64,000 nt of DNA from Eukaryota sp. TZLM1-RC (taxonomy: Eukaryota; Protista; Metamonada: BaSk clade), in assembly GCA_040285825.1 (NCBI GenBank), contig JAUPSS010000003.1:2480001-2544000 (forward strand). The letters are read 5' to 3'. Position numbers and translations under genes: made by a program. Shown here one piece after another: positions 48,295 to 60,843 of the stretch. How positions within the stretch are numbered: position 1 is the stretch's first letter; the number at the start of each line of letters is the position of its first letter. Below the pieces are notes generated by a model that was not told where the DNA came from, ran no database searches, and worked only from the letters and a program-made list of their open reading frames with translations.

Positions 48295-48560
48295 TTAGTG
48301 AAGTCATTGGAAAATGGATTTTTAATTTCAATAAAATAGTATCAGCTATGATCTGTTCCCAAATATCAAATTTAGATGTGGTGCTCATGCTTCTTTTGAT
48401 CACATTATTTCCTGCTGTAAAGTCACATTACGGAGTTTATACAATTACCCCAACAAAATCCCTCTTCAAACCATATTTGAATGTCAATATTCAGACTCAT
48501 GCACCTTAAATAAATGATACTGTTCGATCCATATCACAAAATGTGCATTGTTAAATTTTA

Positions 48561-48648
48561 TTTATTGAATTAAAACACTTAATTAAATTAACTCATAACT
48601 AATGGGACGACTATCATTGAACAAAGATTTCCTCTACAAAATCTTGAT
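48561..48648 (-). mobile_element. Short 3' end of CRE-like non-LTR family 1
   Basis: Matches 21590-21680. Confidence 0.8.
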
Positions 48649-48795
48649 CACAAGATCTTGATGTGTATTGTATTAATCAAAAAATTTATCATCTATTAAT
48701 CCAAAAATATTAAGATTATATTGTTGAAAAACCTCAATAACACTTAGTCATAAGTTTGATGAATGAATATTGAAAACTGAACCTGGATGTGACTT

Positions 48796-49305
48796 ATGCC
48801 CACAATTCTTGGCATTGTTGGTGTTTCATGTTCTGGTAAAAGTTACCTAGCTTCTGCTCTTCATCACACAATCCCTTTATCAACTCTTATCCAACAAGAC
48901 TCCTTCTACCATCAATGTGAAACTACTTCATTATTATACTGGGAATCCATAGAGAGCATTGATCATGTTGAGCTCACTAATTGCATTATTGAGTCAAGCA
49001 ACAAGTACTCTGTTGTAATAGTAGAAGGATTCCTACTGCATCATCCACTGTTAGCTCCACTCTTTACACACTTCGTTATCTTAGATATACCGTTTGAAGT
49101 GGGAAACAGCAGAAGGTCAAACAGAGTTTTAGCCGATGGCGACTTCTCTGACCCTGTTGGCCATTATCAATTTGTTTGGGATACTTTTCATAGTTGCAAG
49201 TTTAATTTGTTTGAAGTAAATAATAATAGGAATTATCTATTGCTATCTGGTACTGATCCTGTCGATTCTCTTGTCAATAAGGTGTTGGACTTAATCAACA
49301 ATTAG
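48796..49305 (+). CDS. Nicotinamide riboside kinase / uridine kinase-like P-loop kinase
   Basis: GIVGVSCSGKS, IQQDSFY, WESIESID, VIVEGFLL, RRSNR, DPVGHYQFVW. Confidence 0.8.
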   Translation: MPTILGIVGVSCSGKSYLASALHHTIPLSTLIQQDSFYHQCETTSLLYWESIESIDHVELTNCIIESSNKYSVVIVEGFLLHHPLLAPLFTHFVILDIPFEVGNSRRSNRVLADGDFSDPVGHYQFVWDTFHSCKFNLFEVNNNRNYLLLSGTDPVDSLVNKVLDLINN

Positions 49306-49818
49306 TGTTTAGTTTGGAATCCCATTTACAGTTTAGTTTCTGTTTAATAAATTCAAGAATTTTATTGTGTTTTTGTTAGTGTGGACTGTTTTAAAATACT
49401 ATGATGTCAACTCTTCACACAAATAGAATGAAGAATGCAACTCAAGTTCATTGATTTACGGAAAGATTAGTTGGAAAATGGTCAAGAAAATTCAGGGGTT
49501 CATTTGGTGTATGAATACGGTTCCTTGGTCAATTCTATTTGTTACACCAACATTACAGCTAACACCATGCCTTCTGTGTTGTTGAAACAAGATAACTGAT
49601 GCAAATTCATTGTGTGAAAAGAATTGAAGAAATGGGTTGTGTAAAATTCGATTAATTTTTGAAAAAACAATGAAAAGATTGGAAAATGCTGAAAAATAGT
49701 CATAAAGGATACAAACAGTCATGCAACTGAGAAACACTGGAATGTGTATTCAAAAGATACAAAAAATATAAAAAGAAACAATACAATATAAAATACAGAA
49801 GATCTTATCAAGTCTAAT

Positions 49819-51864
49819 CTAATAAATCACTTGACAATCAGTTGGATATCGAATCCACCATGGAAAACAAGATAATTCAACCAAATAATCACCATTGATT
49901 GATTGTACAGATTTAACTGAATCTTGGTTAAAAAGTTTTGATAGAGAAATGGGAGTATCAAACATACTTCCTATATGAGGTTTAGTCAGTTGAACAAATT
50001 TTAAAGAAGGAAAGTTTTGTTCAGTGATATTGTTCGGTAAATCATAATGAATTACCCATTCCTTCAAGTTTGGCAATTCTACTGCGATATCAAGAAACTC
50101 ATCCGATTCTAATAAAGTCAATCTAACAACAGATTGGGGTAAGAGTATATCTCCTCCTAATATTCTTTCTGCAGAACCATAGGACAATACCAGCTCATGT
50201 AACGAAATGAGATAGCTTAAATCACAAACTTTAATATCAGGTTCTGTTAGGACTAACTTCACTAGTGAAGTGGGTAGGAGTTCAATATCAAAACCATAAT
50301 CAAGTTCTAAATATTTCAGATTTGATAAGTGTGTCAAGTTTAAAGCAAAATTTCCACTTGTACAGCTGCAACCAAGCTTAACAACTTCAACATTTGGGAA
50401 AAATGCTAATAATTGAGGATCATAATCTACTCTATCAAAGTAAACATCAAGAATTTTAATTCTAGTATAAAATACTTTGGGAGCTTTAAAAACAGTAGAT
50501 AATCGTAATTGCAAATCACAAATATTGTCATCTAAATCTTGAGGATTTTTTAAAAATTTAAAACCACAAATAACTTCTTTCGCAAGTTTAGCCACTTTCT
50601 TGCTAATTGAACATTTGGTATAGAATCTGGCTTTTGTATAAGGATGGCTACCAAACAATTTTTTCAAATATTGTAAATATTCGAAGTAAATTAATTTGAT
50701 TAGACCACTGAACATTCTATCCAAAGGTTGTTTCGAAAAATGTAAACTACCAAGTATCTCAGACCCAAATGATACTTTGACAGGTTGTGGTCGATCAATC
50801 AAATCACCTGTACCTAATTGGCCTTTATCATTCCTTCCCCAAGCCCAAAAAGTGTTTTTATTGTAAGCAAAAAGGAAGTCATGACCTACAGAAATACCTT
50901 CTATATTAGTGAAAGCATCAATAGGAATTGGTTGTTCACTATTACAAAAATTTCTTAACATACCCAACCGTCCCCAAACAAAAACTTTACCATTATTATC
51001 AACAACAACACGAATAAATCTAGAACCACTAATAGAAACAATATTATTCAATACAGGAATTTTGGTAGGTTTATTGTTGAAAAAAACGTCACCATTTCCC
51101 TTGTCAAACTTCCAAACGTCACCATTAACATCAATAATAAATAAACAATTATGATTAAAAATAAAACAAGTCAAGGAAAGTTCATTAAGAGATAAATACT
51201 GCGAAACTTGTATTTTGAAGATGGAACCGAATTCAAAGCTTTGGTTTATAGCACAGGAGACTCCATCGAAATAGAAGAAATCATGATGTTGATCAATTGC
51301 CACAAAAGAATCACCACAGAGAGAAAGGAAAACAATACTATTTAATCCTTCAATTATTTCAAATGATTTACCGTCTCCCCATTTAATAACTTGACCTTCT
51401 TGGGTCAAAGCAAATGAACATCTAGATCCACAATAAACTTCCTTAATATTAAAAGGAATGTTTATTGGGGTAATTGGTAGCGATTCTCGACTTGGACTAA
51501 TTATTGATCTAAACCAATCAAAACCCCACCCGTATAACCTACCATCAGAAGAGAGGGCAAGAGAGTGACCAGCACCAGCTGAAATGGAACAAATGTTGTT
51601 GAGGGGTAATTTGATTGGTAAATTGATCATTTTGGATGCATTATAAAGAACTTGACCGTCTTTATTGGAACCCCAACCATAAACGTCACCAGAATAGGTG
51701 AGTAAAAGAGAGTAGCTTTGACAACTTGAGATGCACCAAACTCCTTCAATTCTTTCCGATCGATCGGAAGAGACAGAAGAGGGTAAATGTGACATAGGGT
51801 AATCATTTGGAGAGTGGAGGAAGGAAGGTCGTAAAGAATCTTTTTCATCAGAGAAGAGGTCCAT
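49819..51864 (-). CDS. RCC1/BLIP-II repeat protein with an LRR-like C-terminus
   Basis: GDVYGWGSNKDGQ, ISAGAGHSLALSSDGRLYGWG, WAWGRNDKGQLGTGD; LxxLxL repeats (LSNLKYLEL, LPTSLVKLVL, LPQSVVRLTL). Confidence 0.85.
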   Translation of the reverse strand: MDLFSDEKDSLRPSFLHSPNDYPMSHLPSSVSSDRSERIEGVWCISSCQSYSLLLTYSGDVYGWGSNKDGQVLYNASKMINLPIKLPLNNICSISAGAGHSLALSSDGRLYGWGFDWFRSIISPSRESLPITPINIPFNIKEVYCGSRCSFALTQEGQVIKWGDGKSFEIIEGLNSIVFLSLCGDSFVAIDQHHDFFYFDGVSCAINQSFEFGSIFKIQVSQYLSLNELSLTCFIFNHNCLFIIDVNGDVWKFDKGNGDVFFNNKPTKIPVLNNIVSISGSRFIRVVVDNNGKVFVWGRLGMLRNFCNSEQPIPIDAFTNIEGISVGHDFLFAYNKNTFWAWGRNDKGQLGTGDLIDRPQPVKVSFGSEILGSLHFSKQPLDRMFSGLIKLIYFEYLQYLKKLFGSHPYTKARFYTKCSISKKVAKLAKEVICGFKFLKNPQDLDDNICDLQLRLSTVFKAPKVFYTRIKILDVYFDRVDYDPQLLAFFPNVEVVKLGCSCTSGNFALNLTHLSNLKYLELDYGFDIELLPTSLVKLVLTEPDIKVCDLSYLISLHELVLSYGSAERILGGDILLPQSVVRLTLLESDEFLDIAVELPNLKEWVIHYDLPNNITEQNFPSLKFVQLTKPHIGSMFDTPISLSKLFNQDSVKSVQSINGDYLVELSCFPWWIRYPTDCQVIY

Positions 51865-52164
51865 GAATGCTCAAAGTGGGGTATGGGAAGCACAAGAAAG
51901 AGCCTATGAAATGGTGAAATGGTGGTTCTAAGTCTGGCTGGTAGGGGATGCCTATAATCTTCTTTTGCATTATCCATATAATATGAACATCTTCATCCAA
52001 TATTCTAACCTACATAAATATATTAATATTTCATTCACAGAGTTTTAGGAAAGATAACATTCGAAACCTACCCACAAACAATGTCAACACAACTGAATTT
52101 TTTGAGGTAGTTACACATCAAAGTTTTTTATTTTTCGAAAACAAATTGAAATTTTTTTTAAAAA

Positions 52165-54240
52165 TATTATTTATTCAACAACGAATATGAAAACATAAAA
52201 ATAACCATCTAGAATTCAATATCCTCCAAACAAGCGTCATTATTACTGAACCTACTCACAGCATTACGTTCATATTCTACACCAATAGCTAAAAGTGCCT
52301 TTGAAATCATTGTTGGAATAAACTTGAAAATGCAAAAAACAATTCTATTTAACCAGAAAGTGGAGTTCATTGTTTTACCAGACCTATTCAGTAACACTTT
52401 TTTAAAATTTTCCAAAAAGTGCAACCCTGAAGGTCCAATATTGCCAAAAAGAGAAATTGCAAACGAGCACAAACTGATATTTCACATGTTTCACACTACC
52501 TAACTGTGCCAAAGGTTCTTCATATTTTTTTATCTTCTTTTTTTCGGCGTTAGATAACGGCGAATCAGCGGAATACACTAAACGAGCAGCAGAATTTTTG
52601 CAAACATCCACTGAAACAACGTCTACGACATTGAGAACACCATAGATCCCTGGAGCTACTAAATCTGCCCTTCTTTTACCAAAGGAATCATCAGTTTGAT
52701 CTGAAGACAGCTTACGTACTAGTGGCTCAATAAATGCCTCTATATTGAAACTTTTGCACATGGCATATAATTGATCACGAACTGAGTCATGAACAAGTGA
52801 GCGATAAGTTATAAAATACTTACAGTTTAAAATATGGAAAAGCGTAACAACACTCTTGCAGCGACAAATTAAATCATTTGATATTGAACAAGGCCATAGA
52901 AAACATCTCATTCTCATTGTAGTGGTCCATTGGTGATCATTAAGTACAAGGCCATAAATGTTGGGAATTTGGGAGATTAGGCAACTTGAGCAACTGTCTT
53001 CAAGATCAATCAAAAAGTTTGCAAAAACGGGATTTTTTTTCTTTAGCCAAGCAAAGACGTACAGTATAATCCAAGTTGTCTAAAACTTTCAATATTTTTT
53101 TCTACAATTTTGCAAAAGTCAGTGGTAAGGAGAGCAAGCTTCTTGGAGGAAGTTCCACAATATCAGAGGGGAAACATTAAGACCAAATATTGGGTGAAAG
53201 AGTTTCAATTTTTTGTTGCAAAAAAATAAGATATGAGCTGCCACAATTTTCAATGAGGTCAATTTTTTCAGGAAAACGATTCACAAACTCATAAATAAAA
53301 TTTTTACCACCTCCAATAAAAGTAGGTTTACAAAGGTAGCTTGATTTATGAAAATCAACACCACCAAAATTTGTACCACAAAAAATGTGGCTTCGTAACT
53401 GAGATGCATCAATTTCCAATAATTTTGCTAAAAAATTGGTTCTTTGTTCATTAAAAATTCGACAAAACTCCAAAGAAATTGATGGTGATGTTGATCTCAA
53501 AATATGAGTAAATTTTCCAGAATAACAGATTTTTAGGAAAAAGAATTTCAAATGTTTCTCAATATTTAAATTTTCTATTGATTCTAATTCATTGCCAAAT
53601 TGAGACAACAGAGTCGAAAGTTGGCCTTTGACTTCATCAATATTTCCGAGATAACAACCCAAAAAACGAAAACCAGACTGATCGTAATTTATAAAGGGGA
53701 CATTGACATCGTTAATGAAAAATCAATTGGTTCATGGCCAATAATCAAACATTTGGAGATATTCAATGAGAGACCAATATCTTTATAACGCTGTTGAATA
53801 AAAGTTGCTATTTGTTTCAGAATTGTAATAGGAGCAATTACAGAAATTTCATCCATATATGCTACAATATCTATTTCTGGGAATTTTTCTTTGAATTCGC
53901 ACGTTAATGGATGAATTGCCAGACAAAAGAAAAAAGGACCAAGTGGATCACCTTGTTTCACACCTGAAGATGAAAGCAGGTCAAAGTTTTCATAGACCAT
54001 TGTGGATGATTTTCCATAAAATGAATAGAAAAAAGGCTCAACTTCAGGAAAATGCTTTTGCAGTAAAGGTAAAATGGAAGAACGAGATACAGAATTGAAA
54101 GCATTCTTAAAGTCTAAATTGAAGATGTAATTAGAATTGCTAGAATTAAAAAACACATCCGACGAAAGAGCAGCAGAAGAAGCACCATCAATTGTCTTGA
54201 TTCCAAATTGAAAAATACAGGCTTTTTCTCAAACATTGAG
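52165..54240 (-). mobile_element. CRE-like non-LTR family 2 copy (RT, CCHC, RLE), frameshifted
   Basis: LDFKNAFNSVSR, GVKQGDPLGP, AYMDE, CRCK...HILNC, HDSVRDQL, EP, RADL, VDVV, KIKKY. Confidence 0.92.
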
Positions 54241-55679
54241 AAAATTCAGATCAGGGAACAAATTAAAAATAAAAAGAGAATTAAAAAAATTGAAAAATAA
54301 AAATCAAAATTTACGACATAATGGTGAATGGTGGAGACTGTAGAGTACCATTTCAGTATGGGCTATTGAATTTAGTACACTGAAATTAATAGTTTTTCGA
54401 TTCACTAAGGTTTAATTATTGTGTTCACAAAGTGCGCATGCCAAACATCTATAGAACAAGGAGTATTGTTTTTCACAGGTTAGTTTTTCAGATTTCTTTG
54501 TTTGAACAATGATATCTGAACTGGAATTTTCAAAAATTAAGTGCTTGAAGTTTATGTTAGGGTTTTTGCTCAAATGTTTTATTTTTTGAGAATTAATAAT
54601 TCTTTCTCTTTCCAACTGTCGGGTTTTGAGAATATGTGATTCAAGGGTAAATTATTTAATTTTTGAGATAAGTGATAAACCCATGGTCAGATATCTTTCA
54701 ACTATCTATAATCAATGAAAAGATCATGAACACAAATTTTGATTCCCTTATGGCAGAACATGTTGGATATTCCTTTTTCCGACGAAAAACAATTCTAGAC
54801 AAAATGATCGAATTGCCAGAACAATATTGGTGTACTTGAATGTCAATATTAACGAAACACAGAACATTACAGAGCTGATCTTAGTTATATCGGAAAAGAA
54901 ACATTTTACAAAAATGTCTGAAGATTTTACTCATTAGCTCTGAGCGAAGAAGACTCACAATTCTACCTTATATCTTGGACAAATTATAGACGTTTTGTGA
55001 GTCGTCAAAGAATTGAATTTCCTGCAAATGTTCGTAATGTAGCCTGTGTTTATATATTCAACATTGTTCATTCTGAGTTCTGACTCATTTACAAGATGGA
55101 TGAATTGATGATATTCATAATTTATTTCTTGGACGATTGAATTCTTCTAGGACTATTATGCTTTCTGATGAGATCAACACTTGATTTAAACCTTTCTTGT
55201 GTTGAGATGTAAATACAATAATTATTATAATTGGAAAGGTTCTTCATTCAAAACTGCAATAATAAGTAATTTCTAAACAAAATTGTAACTACTGTTTTAG
55301 TTTTATTTATTTTATAAAACTACAATACTTTGTTGATTAAAATCAGAATGAATGAAATAAACACTACTGTTTTTGAAATCGCCAATAAAATGAAAAAACA
55401 ACAATTGTAATGTCTAAATTAAAATCATTTTATTAATCAATAGTCAATTCTATGCAGAATAATTTTGTGCTCATAATCACTAGGTTTACTTTATGAAGTC
55501 TAAAATATGTCAGAATTGGGAAGAATTGAATTGAAAGAAAGTGGGAAAGTATGCTATCAATATTATTTGGGAATTTTTTGGTTCTTTTTGTCCTCCTTTT
55601 GAACAAAATTTTGTAAATAATTCCGACGATTTAACTTATATAGCATCGAGAAATCAATCATCCTAGAAATTAAGTAAAA

Positions 55680-58052
55680 TTTTTGAAGACAAATGCTTTG
55701 GCAACAAATGGTCCAAGGCTTTGTCAGGTTTAAGTCCCGGAGTTAAAGCACCCAACAATGAAAATACAATAGATAAACTAAAAATACTTCATCCTCATGA
55801 AGACCCTATAATGGATCAAAATTTGTATGGCACATACTGGGAAAATTATCCATTGATGCCATCAGAAGTTTTTTCGGTTATCAAAAAGAGACCACGTGGT
55901 AAGTCTGCCGGACTTTCTGGTATTACTATTGATCATGTAAAAGCCGCGATTATTTCTTCAGAAGATTGTCTTGGTTTATTGACCAAATTTTTCAACCAAA
56001 TATTATCTTGTCAACTCAAATACCCAGAAGAATTAAGAAGTTCTCGTTTGACTGCACTTGTCAAAAAATCAAAACTGGATGTTCGTCCTATTGCAGTCTC
56101 TGAGAGCTTGCACAATATTTTTTCTGCGTGTTGCTTAAGCAGGTTTAACGAGAAAGCAAAAAAAATTTATTACCCTTTCAATATGGTATAAATACTACAG
56201 ATGGAGTCTCTTCAGCGATATTTGCTACTGATGTATTATTTCGCCAAAATGAATCCAATGTTTTTATGTCATTGGATTTTAGTAATGCTTTCAATTCACT
56301 AAGTCGTCGCAGTATCCATGGTGCTCTATTGCAATATATGCCGAAATTAATACCGTATTTTCAATCAACATATTGCACATATTCTAATTTACATTTTGGA
56401 AACAACATTTTGAGTTCATCAAGTGGTGTAAAGCAAGGAGATCCGTTAGGGCCTCTTTTGTTTTGTTTGGCCATTCATCCTATTTTACTGCAAATTCAAG
56501 AGATGTTTCCTTCACTAAAAATGATTGCATATATGGATGATGTTGTGCTTATTGGTGATTTAAATATTGTGAAACAAGCAAGTGTATGTTTTAAAGAATT
56601 ATTTACCAAAATTGGTCTCCGACTTAATTCACTTAAATGTGTTTTGTTATCGAATTCTCCAGTTTCCACAATAGTTGATGGTATTGAAATTCAAGCCAAA
56701 TTATATTCAATTGATGCTATTCATCATTTGGGTTCGTTTTTAGGAAATAATGATGAAATTACCAAAAAATTGTTTGAAAAGCTGAACTCAATTTCTGACA
56801 AAATTGACCGAATGATGAATTTAGATATAAAAAAACCCATCAAATTTACCATTATAAGACTGTGTTTTAGTTCCAATTTTAATCATATATTTCGATCTAC
56901 AAATCCTCTCGTCACTAGACCTTTGGCTCAGAAATTTAATGAGTTACGTGCAAAAGTTTTGTCTCAATTACTGGGATGTAAAATGTCTCAAATTCCAGAT
57001 CATGCTTACCTTAGTCCTCATTATGGCGGTTTGGGGTGGACGAAGGCTTCTATTCTTACATCATGTGCTTTTGTTGGTGGATGCAGAAACGCAATCTTTG
57101 AGTTTTCCGAAAGATTTGCAGATTGGGAAGATTTATTGATGACAACGCAAAGTTCCACTGTTTTTGCATTAAATGAAGAAATTTCAAAAATTGATGTAGA
57201 AAAATGGGGTCGATGTTTTCGTCAATCATTCAATGGCAATATTCCAGAAAAAATGTTTTAAATTTGAAGTACACTCTTCGAACATTACAGAAACGATTGA
57301 CTGGAATGTATGAAAAAGATCTTTATAATAATATATGCAGCTCGGCTGTTTTAAATCAAGATCTTCACTCATTGTTATTGGAAAAGGGTGTTTGTGAAAA
57401 CAAGTCGTCAGATTCTTCACTTTTTGTAATCATTGTACCACGAAGATTTGGGTTGTGTGCCACTAATGAAGCATTTGTAACAAAAATGAGATTATATTTG
57501 AACAACCCCATTAATCAATTATTATCAAAAGAAAAATGTATTTGTTCGAATTCACCTCAACTCACTTTAAGCCATGCTCTGAATTGCTCTAAATTGATAA
57601 CTTATCGTTCTTCATTACATGATGCTGTTAGAGACACTGTTTTCAATATGGCACAAACTACAAGGATATCGTGTATCAAAGAGCCCCTGCTGAAGGAAAC
57701 ACTTTCTCTGAATAATTTTGGTTCTGATGATAGAGGTGATGTATACTGTGATTGGATTGATAATTCTGAAGCTATTGTTGACTTTGTCTCATGAAATGTT
57801 GCAAATGATACTTTGGTTCACAGAAGAAAACTTAATCCTGTGGCTGCTCTGGATTTTAAAGCAAAAGAGAAACATAGAAAATATGATAAAAATATTGAAG
57901 AGGCTAATGTCGATAGAAATACACAGCTGGTTTTTATTGCTTTCCCATTTTCGATAAATGGAAGATTTTCAGTTGAAGAGGAAATCTTGGTTCAATGATA
58001 GTCGTCCCATTAGTATTGAGTTAATTTATTTAAGTGTGCAAATTCAATAAAT
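55680..58052 (+). mobile_element. Longest CRE-like non-LTR family 1 copy (RT, CCHC, RLE), decayed
   Basis: KSAGLSG, VRPIAVSE, LDFSNAFN, GVKQGDPLGPLLF, AYMDD, GGLG, CCHC and RLE motifs; frameshifts and a deletion near 57977. Confidence 0.95.
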
Positions 58053-58103
58053 ACAATAATTAAAGAAAGTGGGATTGCATTCAATCTTATTCAATCACCA
58101 GAT

Positions 58104-59477
58104 ATGCAATTTGGGATCGATCGACTCGTAGAAGAACCTGCTCTTTTAAACAACCTTGGTAATGTTTCCATCGTTTCCAATCAAGCAGCAATAGGGTCTC
58201 ATTACCAAACTGTTGCGGACACGATCATCGAACTATCTCAAACAGCCACAAATACCAAAGTGATCAGCATTATTGGTGCTCAGCACGGCTACTATCAAAC
58301 CCAACAGGATAATATGATTCTCACCAATGATTCAACGTATACTTTTCATACATCAACATCAACCATTACACTTCCTCTCTATAGCCTGTATAGTGATACA
58401 CTTTCTCCGACCGAAAAACAGTTGGAGAACGTAAATTCCATTATATTTGACCTCCAAGATGTTGGAGTTCGTGTTTACACTTACATGGCAACATTGATCA
58501 ACATTATCAAAACGATAAGCAACAAGGACATCACGCTAATAGTACTGGATCGTCCAAACCCATTAGGCCTCTGTTACAAAGATGATAGTCCTAACACTAA
58601 TGCAAGGTGGAAGAGGATCGAAGGGGAACCAACTGGAAAAGGTTTTGAATCTTTTGTCTCAATGTTACCTATTTCTTTACGCCATGGACTGACAATGGGC
58701 GAAATTGGGCTCATTTACACCAAACTATTTTGTTCTGACAGTGTTTTTGAAACAGTAACTGAAGGTCCATCAAATGTGATTTCTTCGATCACCAACAATG
58801 TCTTGACGTGTAAGTCTCCTCTTAATTTCACCTACAAGGTTATTCTGGTTTCGAACCTCAAACGCTCCACTCCTCTTTCTTCACTTTCATCACTTCCTTT
58901 CGTCATGCCCTCGCCCAATCTCCCTTTTTGGGAGTGTGTGTTTTGGTATCCCTATTCAGTAGCCATTGAAGCAACGTCGTTTAGTGAGGGCAGGGGGAGT
59001 ACAGTGCCTTTTAAATTGATTGGAAGTTTGATGGAAGAAGAAAAGGTTGAATTGATTGTGAATATCTTGAATAGAGTTGGTTCTGCTTACGGATTGGCTT
59101 TTAAATCACACAAATTTAGTCCTACGTTTTCAAAGTTACAGTCTCAAAAAGTCAATGGAATTATGGCCTTTATCACGAATATTGACCTTGCCAATGATGC
59201 ACCAGTTACTTCATTGGGATGGTTAACTATTGCTCTACTCTATGATGGTAATGTTAACAAATGGAGAATGCCCAATGAGGGTTATGAATTTGATTATGAA
59301 CGATATGCTATTGACCTTATATATGGATCTGATAAGTTTAGGCATTTTGCAGAGGAATTAAAGCTTGAGGATGGTGAAGAGGAAGTGTTGCGTAGGTGGA
59401 AGAAATTTGTAGAGGAGCAGACTGTATTGACTGAGCAGTGGGTAGAGAAGTTTAAAAGTTCCTTTTTGTATAAGTAA
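58104..59477 (+). CDS. NamZ/YbbC (DUF1343) exo-beta-N-acetylmuramidase-like protein
   Basis: FGIDRL, SNQAA, GAQHG, LYSLYS, FDLQDVGVRVYTY, VLDRPNPLG, SLRHGLTMGE, PSPNLP, SEGRGSTVPF, IDLIYGSD; intronless, intact 457 aa. Confidence 0.92.
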   Translation: MQFGIDRLVEEPALLNNLGNVSIVSNQAAIGSHYQTVADTIIELSQTATNTKVISIIGAQHGYYQTQQDNMILTNDSTYTFHTSTSTITLPLYSLYSDTLSPTEKQLENVNSIIFDLQDVGVRVYTYMATLINIIKTISNKDITLIVLDRPNPLGLCYKDDSPNTNARWKRIEGEPTGKGFESFVSMLPISLRHGLTMGEIGLIYTKLFCSDSVFETVTEGPSNVISSITNNVLTCKSPLNFTYKVILVSNLKRSTPLSSLSSLPFVMPSPNLPFWECVFWYPYSVAIEATSFSEGRGSTVPFKLIGSLMEEEKVELIVNILNRVGSAYGLAFKSHKFSPTFSKLQSQKVNGIMAFITNIDLANDAPVTSLGWLTIALLYDGNVNKWRMPNEGYEFDYERYAIDLIYGSDKFRHFAEELKLEDGEEEVLRRWKKFVEEQTVLTEQWVEKFKSSFLYK

Positions 59478-59714
59478 ATGTAAATAGTGCTTATTTTCTA
59501 GCTCTACTTTCTTTATCTAAAATCTCTACCAGTGGTTGTATATTTCACAAGGTAAGGGTCATGGAGTGTTCCAATGTTTTTCAACATCCTTTTCACCAAT
59601 AAATGCATCAATTTTCTCTTTCCGCAACAATGAATTCTACAATTTAACATGTTTTGTTTCAAGAGTGACCAGTTGTTGTGAAACACAGCAATTCCTTTAT
59701 ACTCAAATAAAAAA

Positions 59715-59786
59715 CACGCACGATGGGACTCGAACCCACAATTTTTTGCTTAGGAAACAAAAGCCTTTCCATTAGGCCACGCGCGT
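59715..59786 (-). tRNA. tRNA-Arg(CCT)
   Basis: Cloverleaf: acceptor ACGCGCG/CGTGCGT, D arm GCCT/AGGC, anticodon loop TTCCTAA, T arm GTGGG-TTCGAGT-CCCAT; followed by a T6 Pol III terminator. Confidence 0.92.
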
Positions 59787-60380
59787 CATGTTGGAAAGGC
59801 GATGTCATTGTGTACAGTACTGAAGGTGACGAACAGAAAATAGTTTCAAACACGCTATCATCAGTAATTATCTACACACATTTTGAACTATCTTCCTTCG
59901 CCATAATTATGCCCTACTTCCACCATTGTATCTCTTTACGCATTGACCTCACGGTGATCTCATTTGTTCACCATGCACAATGCTTCTCGCCGATCCTCAT
60001 TTCCTTTGATTAGTCTTTTGATTCGGTGAGACATTGTCCAGTTATCTTCCCTATTATCTCGTCAGTTTCTGATCTGTTTGCTTGACGGATCTACGATGAC
60101 CTACTCTGATCCAGTCGCTTTGTTATCTTGTTGTACTTTGGTTTTTTTTGTAGGTTTTGGCGCTTCTTCTTTAAAGGTCTTGTTCTTGTCAGTCTGAAAA
60201 GGTTATTGTTGCTCGCTTGCTCGTGCTACGATGTGTTATGACGTGTTATGACGTGTCAAGTACCACGTAAGGAACGCCAGTCCTTGTTCCATTGTTGTAT
60301 TTATCTCTACTTCTACTTCAATTTTTGAGTTTGTTTTCCAATGATTATCGCCGATCTATCGGGTTTCAGTTCTGTTAAAG

Positions 60381-60560
60381 GGGTCTCTCTGCCAAATATC
60401 GAGAGTAATTCTCTTTATTTAGAGCCACAATTTTCAGTTACAAAAACGACTAAGTAATCATTAGTTATGCAGTTTTTAATTGCTTGAAGTTGATTACGGT
60501 CAAGAAAGATCTGATTACGTGTTTCTGTATAGTTTACATGTTTTTGGATTGTTTGACATT
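60381..60560. repeat. ~180-bp dispersed repeat, copy 3 (probable LTR)
   Basis: Aligns with the copies at 9736 and 25789. Confidence 0.7.
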
Positions 60561-60843
60561 TCATTAAGTATTTGATGACTTTTGGTTTTTTTATTCATTA
60601 AATTCAAAATTTGGTTAATGTAAATTTGTGTAACTTATAGTACAATCAACATGAGACGGAACAGTTAAATAATATTTCGTCATCTAATTTAGTGATCACT
60701 TCATGCAAGCCACTACTCACCTCGTCTAAAACCTTCTATTAATTTATTTATTAATTTATTAATTAATTAATTTATCCACCGTCTTTTTTACTTCAGTTCA
60801 ACAAAGGGAAATTTTAGTGTTTCACACAGGAATTGACTTGAGT

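Noticed and set aside
55721-57998. Alternative genetic code or stop readthrough explaining broken TE ORFs
   Set aside because: Host genes are open in the standard code and end in TAA, TAG and TGA; TE breaks include frameshifts that differ between copies.
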